Source: Antedon mediterranea (taxonomy: Eukaryota; Animalia; Echinodermata). Taken from it: a DNA stretch of 64,000 nucleotides. Where the stretch lies: contig NC_092673.1 of the NCBI RefSeq assembly GCF_964355755.1, positions 21,387,648 through 21,451,647 of the forward strand, given 5' to 3'. The position numbers and the translations under genes were made by a program. Below, piece after piece: positions 40,336 to 53,800 of the stretch. Under the pieces are notes generated by a model, which was not told where the DNA came from, did not search any database, and saw only the letters and a list, made by a program, of their open reading frames with translations. Every line of letters begins with the position of its first letter. Positions within the stretch are counted from its first letter, which is position 1.

Positions 40336-40805
40336 ACCAACAAACGGGAACCTCTGCCTATTCAGGGTGGGAAGTAATGATTCGTCCAGGGTTTCAAATT
40401 GGTTTCAATTCTAACAATTTGACGATAAAGTTCTCAAGTCTGTTTCTTTGTTTTCTTGAGATCGGAATACAGTACTCGTCAACAACTTGGGATGTAAATA
40501 AAGTTGGAATGTTAAATGCAAAGTCTGAAATGTCTGAAAAGAAAGTTACCTTGAGTGAAAATATTATATTTCTATTTATTATTAGGACAATAAAATGGCA
40601 TGAACACTACAGTACATCAAAATAAAAACTATACATATTAATTCTCTCAACAAAACCCATAAGATACAACAATTCTCGTACATTCAGTGCCCTAAAAGCA
40701 GCTGCATAGCTTTGTGGAAGCTACAAACACTTGAACGGATTTAGATAATAAATGTACACTTTTTCTTTATTTTTGTTTTCTTTCTTATTAAGTTTACAAC
40801 ATTAA

Positions 40806-41121
40806 TTGTTTGTTTGTTTTATCTTTATACTGGGTGACCTCTTCAGTCAAAGACTGATCTCCCAGAGGGCCCAGTTGGTGATCAGTGGCTGTGATGTACT
40901 AATACACCGGGGTAACCCCCTACTCGTCTCGAAAGATGTACTAGGTTCTTTAAAGTGCACACGAGCAAGTTGTGTACACTGGACCTACGGTTTATAGTCC
41001 TTATCCGAGAAGACTCGTTCTACCACCAGAACCATGGAGTGAGTGAGCCTCGAACCCCTGCCGATGTTATGGCTACGTGATTACGGTTCCACTGTCTTAA
41101 CCGCTCGGCCACTCACTCACC
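40806..41121 (-). mobile_element. tRNA-derived SINE with Nin/Deu-type conserved core
   Basis: Head AGTGAGTGGCCGAGCGGTTAAGAC (A box)...GGTTCGAGGC (B box); core CTCGGATAAGGACTATAAACCG...TTAAAGAACC...GAGTAGGGGGTTACCCCGGTGT; (AAAC)n tail. Second copy at 51702-52003. Confidence 0.8.
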
Positions 41122-41554
41122 TAATTAATTAATGCAAACTATACTACTGTACTGATGGACTACCTTTCATTTTAGGGGAAACAATGACTTTTGCAAACAA
41201 AACACATACACAAATATTTTTATCTACTGCACTATTTTACATTATAAACATTTATATTATTCTATTCATACTGGTACAAGAAATACCTATTACAGGATTA
41301 TATGTACACACAACACTGCAAACGATAGAAGACTATTTTAATGTACAGGTTCACAATACTGTACACTGACATAACACCATCCATTCCATCCACCTCCTCC
41401 TATTATTCAGTGCAGTACAGGATCCGTGCAGTAACTAGACCACCAGATACTTATCTTTACAAGCCTAAAGCCTTAAGATATCATCATATGCGTACGCTAA
41501 AAACATACTTCATGATATATAATGTATAAATTATCAAAATATTTAGTTTTATAC

Positions 41555-41812
41555 CTATTTTAATTGTGTTTTCAATGCAAATTTGGAACAAAAGCAAATC
41601 CTCTTCGTGAAAATTAAAAGCTTCGGAAAGTGCGCCCCCATGAGACAACATTAATTAATTAAAAAGGTCAAAGTTGATTGTGATGATTCGCTTGATCGAT
41701 TCCAGTGCCGCATTGTGTTCTTGGATTTTAAAAAACAAATCTGAGTTAACTTTAGTTATTTTCGTAATGGACGTATAATTGTTTGTATTTAGGGACATAT
41801 CTATTTTATTTG
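41555..41812. promoter_or_regulatory. Putative bidirectional promoter between LDB and IDE
   Basis: IDE ATG at 41813 (+). A candidate LDB non-coding first-exon donor (TAG|GTAT) on the minus strand at 41554 could splice to acceptors at 40533/40524. The interval is locally richer in CpG. Confidence 0.4.
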
Positions 41813-44800
41813 ATGCATAGACTCACTGTTCTTTATCGCCATTTGTCATCGAGCTTGGTTGTTAAACCAGGTTTCCTTAGAATAAATCAGCAGTTTGGTG
41901 GAGGCCTAAAACAAATGTGAGTGCCAGGCCCAGTAGCTGTGGCGCCCGCGAAGTTGTTTAGGCGAGGTAGTACTAGTAGATTAGGCCTAACTAAGCCAGG
42001 CTTATAATTAGGTCCGATTTAAGCGAAAATAAAATCACATTGAAAGGAAGACTTTATTTTTTAAGTAGACGAGGGATCTTGCTCAATCCAATAATTTTTA
42101 ATATAATAAATATGAATAATGTTAAATTAATAATAATAAAAACAACTCCCTGATAATACTAGAGGGTACTCCGAGAGTACAAACCTCCGCCTACTGTAAA
42201 ATTCCCCTACATAAAATGCCCCCTGAATATTTTTTGTTTACATTTTTTTTTATTAGTGTAAATATGTTAACTGCACACTACAAAGTTGTGGATGACAGTG
42301 TGGTGTATGGTTATGTATCCAGCCTCTCACAGTTGAGATCGCTGGTTCAAGTCCCACTGAGGGTTTTTTTTTTTTTATTATTTTTTTATTTATTTTTTTT
42401 TTTTGTGGACCTTGATCTTTGATCCTGACCCTTCAAAATTTAACCACAATTATATGATGTGTCATTGATCATTGTGTCCTAATTTGGTTAGAATCGGATA
42501 AAAACTGTGGCCTCCAGGCTGTTCACAGACACACACACAAACACACACACACAAACATACAGGGGTGAAAACATAACCTCCTTGGCGGAGGTAATAATAT
42601 TGTTTTGTAGGATGAAAAAGAAAGAGTGCAATTTCAACTGTTGTTGCACATACGGGAGTATAATAACAACATCATCATCATAAACTACAAAACTGACAAT
42701 AGAATAGGAATTCCCACACTGTAGGCCCTAGTTATATAGTACGTGTGGTAGCTAAACCAAAATTATAATATAGTACCTCATATTTGGGGTTTAATTTACG
42801 GCATATATAGTGCATATGTATATCATTATAATAACATGATTCCATCGTCGTCCAACCATAATTGTCGATGTCCAACCAGAATACATAATTTATCAATAAC
42901 ACCAAATCATATGGACAAACACCGTCTTTTATGTTCTCTGATGCTTCTCTTTGGAATTCTCTCCCTCAACATATTACTAAATCAACATCTTTTGCTATTT
43001 TTAAAAAAGAATTTAAAATGCATCTTTTTAACATCTAATACAAGCGACTTTGATTTTTACTTTGGTTTAGTTGATCGCGCTATAAAAAATACCTAAATTA
43101 TTATTATTATTATATTAATACTGTAAAAAAAAACTGGATACTCCTAACATAGATATAATATATGATTATTAATTCACAGATATAAAGCATAGATGGTTTT
43201 TTTTATAGAAAACTTGAAAAGGCAAGCTCTGTGGCCATGGATTCAAAAGTCAAGTGTAGGTATGACAACATCATCAAGTCGGCAGAGGATAAACGTCTTT
43301 ACCGAGGTTTGTTGCTTAAAAATGGTATGAAAATACTGTTAATAAGTGACTCAACTACAGAAAAGGCGGCTGCAGCAATGGATGTGCACATAGGTAGGTT
43401 TGTTCTTCTAATAGTCTTTATATTTATTGGAATCATGTCAGTTTGAACATTTCTGTTTTAATGTAGGGATAATACAATTGTAAATAATTGTATATTTATT
43501 GTAAACACTTGTTTTTTTCTTTTTTTCAGGTTCTCTGTCAGATCCATGGAATCTTCCTGGCCTTGCTCATTTTCTTGAACATATGCTGTTTTTAGGAACA
43601 GAGAAAGTAAGAATAATTTGTTATCATATACAAAATGCAATCATTGTGTATTGAGTGTAAAAACACGAGTTTTATATAAAATATTCTTTTTTCTTTTTAC
43701 AGTATCCCTCTGAAAATGCTTATATGCAGGTGGGTCCATTTTTGTTTGTTTAATCACATACAAGACATAATGTTGGATCTTTCAATTGATGCTAAAATTG
43801 ATAGTAGTGTGTGGGTGGTTTTATACATTTTAGTCTATTTTGTGCCTAGCTTACCTGGATAAACCAACATTAGCCTCTCTTGCTGAAGAGAAGAATACAT
43901 TACGAAAAGAAGAACATTAATATACATTAAAATATCACACCCCGTGGGATAATGGTATAGACCTTACCAGTTATAGAGTATCACTGTCTGAAGTCAAAAC
44001 GATAGAGGGCGCTGCATGGTTGCTAGCCAACTAAAAAATGCGTTCAACGCTACTATGTTGATAAACTATAAAGATCTGTATTTCTATCAAATTATGTATC
44101 TTAGCTTGATCTTTTTTAACTTAAACTGTAGTTGAAGAAGAAAAAGATTATTAAAAACAAATATTTAGTGATCTTTTGAAATTTTAGTTTGTTTTTATTG
44201 AAAATTATTAAGTTTTAAAATGACTACTTCAATAAGCCTAGTCCAAACCATTGGTGACCTTGGAGTCACTCAGGCAGGTATTTTAAACGTATTTTTGGTT
44301 GCGCTAGCAACCACGCAGCGCCACCCACCGTCGTGACGTCAACACCTGATACTCTATACACAGAAAGGGATGCTGCATAGGTAGGATCATATGTATAACA
44401 TAAAACAGGCAAAGTTCTTGTTTCTGCCACAAAATAAATTATCGTCATCATTTTTTTTCGTATCGCCGGGTAAGTGGCACTCATAGACTACCAACACCAC
44501 TGTTGGTTTGTGTAATTTTCTAAAATTCAATTTTAAAATACTCAGAAAACAATAGCAGTGCTGTTTTTATTGTTTTTACCAATGTTTTGTTATTAGTATT
44601 TATCAGAACACGGAGGATCATCAAATGCTTTCACGTCTGGCCAGCACACTAACTATTACTTTGATGTTGGCTGTGAACACTTTGCAGGAGCTCTTGATAG
44701 GTATGGCCAACTGTTTATCTTTGTTTTGGATATCATTCTAAAATTGAGAATATTATTTGTTTTATAATGTAAAGATTGGCAACCAGAATCTTGCAGTCTA

Positions 44801-47800
44801 TTTTGTGCCTAGCTTACCTGAATAAACAAACATTAGCCATTCTCTTTGAAGTGAGAGTACAGTTTTTTAGTTGAACGACTTTTCCTAAAAATGGGACAGT
44901 CCACAACTGTAGGATCATTCCATCCACCACCTTATATATATATCTATCTTCTGTTAAAACCTGTCACATTTTTTCACTGAATTTTTATCTGGTTTTAAAT
45001 AAATGTGTTCAGATTTGCCCAGTTCTTTCTCTGCCCATTGCTGAATGAGGAAGTATCGGAGCGGGAAGTTAATGCCGTTGATCAGGAGAACACACGGAAT
45101 GTGAAGCAGGACAACTGGAGATTGTTCCAACTTGAAAAATCTACCTCAAAAAAGAATCATGTATATACAAAATTCAACGCAGGTAGACACAACACTTATT
45201 TGTTATCTAAATATTTTGTTTCTCCAGTCAACAGTAACCTCAAGGTTGACCAATTACAGGAGAGAACACAAACAACTCGCATAAAATATGTGAACGAAAC
45301 TTCTATAATAATACATACATTTTATAAAAATTGGAAATATAATACATACAAATTCTGCAAATTATCAACAGAATCAAAAATATAATACATGGATATATTT
45401 CTTTTATTACTTTTTTTTCTAGGCAATAAGAATACACTGCAGACTATTCCATTACAAGAAGGGGTAAATGTACGTGAAGAGCTGTTGAATTTTCATTCTA
45501 AATACTACTCATCTAACATAATGGCTTTAGCAATACTTGGCAAAGGTAAGAATAGTTATTACACATTACACGTAATTTCTACAGTCAATCACTCAACATA
45601 AATATACATATACACATATTTAACTTCCATGAACTTTTACATTCTCACATTTCATGTCAATTTTCAACAAATTTGGCCAAACAAATGTGTTTTTTTTCCT
45701 GTTTTGATTTGTGTTCTTTTGATTTTAGATATTCTTGTTTGCTTCTTATAGATTCTTTAGATACAATGGAATCAATGATTGTTGATCTTTTTGGAAGTGT
45801 CGAAAATAAATCAGTTGAGATTCCAGAATGGTTAGAGCATCCATATGGAGAGGAACAAGTGCAGGTATGTACAAATATTTTAATCAAAATTATTATAAGG
45901 GCCAATCAAATCATTAAAAATTGTTCGAAGTACACCTATTATATTTATTATTTTTATATAACACCTAAATAAATTCATTTGATTGGACTATTGTAGGTTA
46001 TGGCAGGCAATAGTCTGCACTATTGAATGGCTGTAGGCCTACCTTTTACTCAATCTGATTCAAATGACAGGAATCTATTTAGATGTTATATAAAACAAAT
46101 AATGAATGTTTTATTCATGTAATGGTACAAATAATGGCATTCGGTGAATGATGATAGGTTATATTTCATCATTCACTGAATGCCATTATTTGTACCATTA
46201 CACTCATAAACATTCTTTATGTATAATATTATTATGTTTTAAAAGTCTTCTCTCAGTCTATAATCACTATTTTAGATAACAAACTAGAAATAAGGTAATA
46301 ATATAACACAATTTATGTATGTAGGTTGAATACAATGTTGTTCCAGTCAAGGATTTAAGACAGTTAAATATTTCATTTGCTATACCAGATATGAGCGAGC
46401 ATTACAAATCAAAAGTAAGTATATCAATTTCTGATATTTTTTTCTAGAATCAAAACTAAACTGTCTAAATTTGTAAACACAATGACACAAATTAAAAATA
46501 TTGTTTTTATGGAAAAATTACATTTGCTAAATTGAATTGTTGAATTTTGTGAATAATTTAAAGCCTTTTTCTTTCCACAGCCTTCTCATTATTTAGGCCA
46601 CCTTGTTGGACATGAAGGTATTGGTAGCTTGCTGTCAGAGCTCAAATCTCAGGGATGGGTGAACATGCTATATGGTGGTGAAAAGGCTGGAGCAAAGGGC
46701 TTTTCATTTTTTACTGTAACTGTAGACTTGAGTGAAGAAGGCTTAAGTATGTTTTATAGTTATACTAGTGCCCTTTTGTTTTCATGATGAGCCACATAAT
46801 TACTAAGCTTTTGAGTCTAACAGTCATTCTGTACCGCCTCATATGTTTCTAAGAGTATGCAGAACAGCAGTAGTGTAGTAGAGCTGTAGCTTGGTGGTTA
46901 ACATGCTTGCCTTCCAATCCAAAGGTCCAGGTTTAATCCTGACCTAGTGCCAGGGTTGAGACTTAGTTTATAAGCACCATACATTATATTATAAAATAGT
47001 TTATCCGTCCTTTAATCGACGAGCTGCTCTTTTTTGCTAATTAGTATATCACCATTACTATTTTAATTGCTTTCAGACCATGTTGAAGACATTATCACGC
47101 ACATTTTCCAGTATTTAAACATGCTCCGTAAGGAATGTCCTCAGGAATGGATCCATAAGGAATGCCAGGATTTGGATAACATGAGATTTCAGTTTAAGGA
47201 TAAAGAAAGACCCTCATCATATGTCATGATGACAGTTTCCAACCTTCATGTGAGTCTTAAGCTCTGTCTACACTATCAAACTTTATGTGACAAAAAAATG
47301 TGATGTACCCATATATGGACATGATAATGTCATATGGCTACCATATTTGGGAATATCACTTTTTTTGTCAAACTAGTTTGATAGTGTAGACAGAACTTTA
47401 TGTTGTGGCATATGAAAATATTGTAACTTTATCAGAATTATCTCAAGAAATAATCACCTAGCAATTTGTTACATTCTGTTTAATTAATTTATTGTTTTTA
47501 CAAAATTATTAGTCAAATTAATTTTATTTAATCCATTTCAGAAATGAAATATTTATTGCACTAGTACTTTTGACTATCCATTATTACACTTTCATCATTT
47601 CATTTCATGGTATAACATGACATGGTATGACATGACATGGTATAACATGACATGGTACAGTATGTCATCACATGGTACAGTATGTCATCACATGGTACAG
47701 TATGGCATGGTACAGTATGTCATCACATGGTATGACATGACATGGTACCGTATGTCATGACATAGTATGACATGACATGGTATATCATGACATGGTATGA

Positions 47801-50800
47801 CATGACATGGTACCGTATGTCATGACATAGTATGACATGACATGGTATATCATGACATGGTATGACATGACATGGTACCGTATGTCATGACATAGTATGA
47901 CATGACATGGTATGACATGACATAATATATCATGACATGGTATGACATTACATGTTATAACATGACATGGTATAACATGCTATAGTATAACATGACATGG
48001 CATATCTGTACTTTGATGTTTACATCTTCACAGGAATATTCCTTCACCGAAGTACTTTCAGCTGACTACACCATGTCAGAATACAGACCTGATCTTATAA
48101 CAATGATTCTAGGACTACTTACCCCGGATAAGGCAAGGTAATATTCTTCTATTTTACCTTTATAATCTAAACATAGTACATCTTCACGTCATACAGTTTG
48201 TATGCTATGTGGTAAAAAGAGACTCTCTTACTAATGGGTTTTTTTCCTTCATTCAGGATTTCTGTGGTTTCAAAAAGTTTTGAAGGAAAAACAGAAAACG
48301 TAGAGAAATGGTATGGCACAGAGTATAATGTTAAAAAGGTACCAGCTGATGTTATTCAGGTAAATAAAAAGAAAAACAATTGTAAGAAAGTAATTTAAAA
48401 CTTTATATAATATACCAATACTATACAAAAATGAAATCAGAAACCAAGATCAAAAACGTGTCACTCCCATTAAGTTGTCATTTTCCTGTGAAATGAATGA
48501 GGGTTAGGCAATATATGTTTTGACACTACACCCCTAAAGAGCTCCTTTAATACGATTTCTACGCTGTATATTGTATTAGAAAATGGCATTGTATTTGATA
48601 TATAGAGCAATATCAATAATATCAAAGAGCTGCATAGCCAGAGTAGATAGAAAAAAATTAAAATCAAACAAGTTAAAACTGCCTCAATATAAATGCGTTA
48701 ACACATAACAAGAATACATATTTTCCCATGTATAAATGTTACTTATTTCACCATCGTTTTTTAATTTTAATGAATGAATCTTTAACAGAAATGGCAGAAT
48801 GCTGGTTTCAACCCAAAGTTTTCTCTTCCTGCACGGAATGACTTCATCCCTACGGATTTCAGTATAGTTCCCAATGAGGAAGGGTCACCTGCCTTTCCCA
48901 CGCTGATCAAGGACACGCCCATGTCTAAGGTGTGGCACAAACAAGATGATACGTTCTTACTGCCAAAGGCTTGTTATTTCATTGATATTACAAGGTATAG
49001 TGATTTCGTTGGTTGTTTTTTATTACCTTCAAATAATGATAAGAAAACACAGAATGTTAAAAGAATGTTGAATTTTGCCTCTGAATGTCCTCACATGAAT
49101 TATATTTTCTTGTGACCTATCATTGACCTCACTTCTGGGACATGACACAGTTTTGCATACTTTGTTTTAATATTCATTCATTGTTTTTGCATAATGTTCT
49201 TAGTCCACTGAGTTACCTTGACCCTCTACATACCAACCTGACAAGATTGTTCACTGTACTAGTGAAGGATGCCCTCAACGAATATGCGTATTCTGCCGAG
49301 ATCGCTGGTATAGGTTACTCACTGGATAGTACTTTCTATGGATTATATGTAAGTAATGTAAATTTGTTATTTATATATTGATCAAATTTGACTATTCTAT
49401 GAGTGAGACCATTTGATTTGATTTATTTAGCCGATTCTCGGTACTGTATCTATTCCTATTCAGTATCAGGAATATTTGGTAATACAACATCACATGTGTT
49501 TCACATGTATCTAGTAGTAAACTAACCCTTAACCTAATCTTACATGATACAGGCACCACATGTGATATAAATGAGATGCTGTATTACCAAATATTCCTAT
49601 AATACTTACGTAAATAGATAATACTGTATGTGGAGATACAGCACTGGGAATCAAGTGACTTATACATACATTATACCACACAAGTACAAGTACAAATACA
49701 GATAAAAATGACCAAAAAACATTCATTTTGTATTGTACAATCAAACCAATCCCATGATTAACTCTGTAAAAGGATCAATTACGTGGAGCATTTATAGTAT
49801 CTACCTACGTGGATCTACCTGGATTTTGAGACTTAAAGATGTATTGTCCCCCCTTAAAAAAATTTTTTTTTTTTACAATTTTTTTTTCAATATGCCATTT
49901 TAATCACCTAATAGTTATTTATTTTGACCCAAAATTGGATGGGGAAAAAAATAATTTACCTGTAAAAACTGTAATTTAAAGCAAAAAATAGTCAAATTGG
50001 CTGCCAGCTAATGGGTTTTTGGTTGAATTTAACCGTTTATTTTGTCATATTAAAAAACATAATTTTTTGGGGGGTTTTTTTCTACAGAAGTGATTAACTT
50101 TGTTAAAACTATAAAATGGCATATTCAAAGTCTGATTTTATTAATCTTTATTTTTCAAGTTTTTTGGGAACAATACATCTTTAAAGCATTAATGCTTCTG
50201 TGCCTCTCGTGACTAGAACATATTCTTCTTACCGTATATGGGTATATTGGTGTTTATTTTATTGTTATATGTTTTAATTATTTGTTTTTTGGCAGTTAAA
50301 TATTTCAGGTTATAATGATAAGCAAGACATACTTCTGAAAAAAGTTTTAGAAAAACTAACAAACCTTCAAATTGACGTGAATAGATTTGAAGTATTAAAA
50401 GAAATGGTAAGAAAATCGTTATTTTTTTTTTTTTTTTTATGTTTTTTTTATTTTTTCTTGTTTTAAATTTTTTTTTTATTATTTGTCAAGGCATTCCCTC
50501 AACAAGAGTTTCATCTTTTTGGCATTCTGCCTCCGTCCATTCAATAATCTCAATCTGTCATTACTGTTTTTCTTTACTTATATCATTGTCTTTTTGACGG
50601 AAATAAATGTCTTTTGAATGAATAAAACGGTACCATGTCAAGAGTGTTAAAGAATGACAGTCAAAGTGGTCTAGCTGGATTCTGGTTTTAATTTCTGCAC
50701 AGGACATGTTGCATACAAAATCTTATTCTAAGTCTTATTAAAAAGGATTGAAGAAACCTAAACACCCTTTGCTTAGATAGGATTTGAACCCAGTACTACC

Positions 50801-53800
50801 CTTCTTACTTTGTTGCTAATATTAATTTCATTAGTGTAATACCATCATTTGTTTAACATAATGATATTTTAGTACAGTAGAATGCTAAAGAACTTCAGTG
50901 CGGAGCAGCCACATCAACATGCAGTGTACTATACCACTGTTTTGATGTCAGAATTGGCCTGGACAAAGGATGAACTCTCAAACAGTATGGAAGGTAAGTA
51001 AATGTTCAATTTATAGTCACATATGATTACATAGTACTTTAATTGTCCATACAAATGTCTGTCTTCACATCTTATTGTAATTTAATCTGTATAGAGGTCA
51101 CAGTTGAAAGGTTGAAAGCATTTATACCTCAGTTACTGTCAAGACTCCATGTAGAAGCTCTGTTCTATGGCAACTTGTCAAAACAGGTAAATATCATTCT
51201 GCATTCCTAGGGTTAGTAGGGACTTTACGGAACAGGACGGGAAGCTACAGTACGGTGCTTATGAAAATAGAATGACCTTTTAACAAAGTGGGTTGAGCTT
51301 AGGTTGAAATTCTGTCGTTATTTTGGGGATGATAAAGTTGCCATTTTCCCATTAACGACTCGAAATAATGTATACATAACCTTAATACAGTTCAAATTAC
51401 ACTTAAAGTGTGGAATTTTCAAAATTCTAAATAATATTTGAACTTCTAATTTAATTGTTTAACGAAATCACATTTTTATTGGGTTAAAAAGGCTGTGTTA
51501 AAGCAATACATTTTTGCGCTGCGTTTGACTGCGAGGCCCCTAGCTAGGATGTCTAGGCCTATGCTGTATCATCAGAGCCAAGCGATTCAGAAGGGCCCCG
51601 CGCTGCGAGACAGGGGAAGGAGAAAGATAGTACCGGTCTTCGTGCAAGGGTGTGTGACTAATAAAACGGATATGTCGACTATATATGTCCCTATTATGAG
51701 CAAGTGAGTGGCCAAGCGGTTTAGACAGTGGGACCGTAATTACGTATCCATAACATCGGCAAGGGTTCATGGCTCACCAGCTCCATGGTTCTGGTGGTAT
51801 GACAAGTCTTCTCGGATAAGGACTATAAAGTGTAAATGAACACATCTAGCTCATGTGCACTTTAAAGAACCTAGTAGTACATCTTTCGAGATGAGTAGGG
51901 GTTACACCGGTGTTCTAGTACATCAAAGCCACTAATCATAACTGGGCCTTCTGGGGGACCAGTCTTTTACTGAATAGGTCGCCCAGAATTAATAAAATAA
52001 ATTCAAGGGGTGCATTAAAGCGTGGCCACAAAATAGGCAAAACAGTGAGATATAATTGAAATGTGTCTTTATTCCATTTTTAGAGAGCATTGGAAGTGGT
52101 GGACATGATTGAGAATGAACTCAAGAATACTTGTTCTACCAAACCTCTACTGGCAAGTCAACTTGTGAAACACAGAGAGATACAGCTACCAGATGGTGGG
52201 TTTTGATCAATTAGCAATAGGCACACACCTATCAAATGCATGGTATCCATGTCAATAAGATTAAAATTCCCATAGCAAAGAAAATTAGTAGATAGATAGA
52301 TTTAAGTAGATATAGCTCTATGTTGAGTAGCCTTAATAGCTTTTTAGTAGGCCTTTTCAGCTCACCTACTAAAGGATTTTAACTCAAATACTATGACTAT
52401 TTCCCAGTATGTATAAAACAGAGAGTATATTAAAAAATACGGACTATCATCATTTTGTTAATAGTCTATTAAAACTTATTGGTAGCCCTAGGAAAGCTAA
52501 AAGTTAATAGATAATACAACTGTGTTATTCTATAGATTTTTAATTGCTACAGTATCTGGTAGTCTATTGTATAAAATAGATAGCTTATTAATATTAACAG
52601 TAACTGGCTATTATCAGTTTGTTTATGTCTAATAATAGGTTGCTGGTAGCCCATTGTATAGCTATTGTAAGTAGACAATAGATAGATGTATACAACTGTG
52701 TTACTCATAGATTTAAAATAGTAAAAAATCTATTTAATACTGTTAGTAGGGTTTTCGTAAAAAAATCTTCCTGAAATCTACGTATTAGTACTGTAGGTGC
52801 TTAGTAGGTAATAGAGCTGTATCCATTAAGACGATAGCTTATAAAGGCTAATAAATATAGCTATATCTACTAAGACTTTTGTTATGAAACTCTCTTAAAT
52901 GGCAGCTTTGAATAATCGATATCCGTCACTCTAAAAATGTTTTAGATGCTCATGCCAGGGGTAGAAAGTGATGATAAATAGACTTAACTAGCTAGCTGAG
53001 CTGGTAAAAATCCTGGCTGCATGCTTGGTATGTATGCACTAACAAACATAATTATGATGTATTTTTAAGGCTGTTATTTTCAATATCATAAGTGTAATGA
53101 TGTACATGACAGCAGTGGTATTGAGATGTACTACCAAGTGGGGCTGCAAGAGACTGAGAAGAACATGCTGTTGGAACTACTTTGTCAAATAATCAGCGAA
53201 CCTTGCTTTGATACACTTAGAACTCAAGAACAACTTGGTAAGTAGTCCTAATTTGATATCTCACAATTAAAACCGTCTATTTTAACCATTTATGGTAACA
53301 ATGATTCTAAAATCTGTTCTAAGTTCTTTGAATACCTCAATAGATTTTGTTCACACAATATTTATATGTTTCCCAATACATTGTTCCCGCTCATTATTAT
53401 TATAGCTTTTATTTAAAAAAATTTGAATTGCGAGTTGATTACAAATATATAAACATTAATATAAAATTTCAAGGAGAAAAACATTGATATATAAAATTTA
53501 GGAATATTATTATATACAGACTAAACAACATTATAATGCAAAACTACAAACGTTGCGTCATGATTGGTCAAATTACCTACAATGCGGTTACGTCCTTGTG
53601 TTGCATCCTAGTGTGAACCAACCTTAAGGGTGTTTGTCTATGTGATCAAGAAGAGCTCCAAAATGAATTAACAAATTATAACTATGTAATTAAAATGACA
53701 GGTTATATAGTGTTTAGTGGAGTTAGAAGGTCAAATGGTGTTCAAGGTTTTCGTGTTATCATACAGTCTAATAAGCCACCCAGCTATCTTGATTGCAGAG

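Noticed and set aside
41030-41121. Functional tRNA genes here or at 42293, 46880, 51702 and 59230
   Set aside because: A/B boxes are present but I could not form complete cloverleafs, and each sits inside a dispersed repeat.
41827-41849. Minus-strand ATG...CA|GTGAGT as another LDB first exon (MTNGDKE)
   Set aside because: It lies antisense within IDE coding exon 1, which explains the sequence better; probably coincidental.
42836-43096. 86-aa ORF as IDE exon 1 or a signal-peptide gene
   Set aside because: No phase-2 donor fitting exon 2; the exon at 41813-41916 fits exactly.
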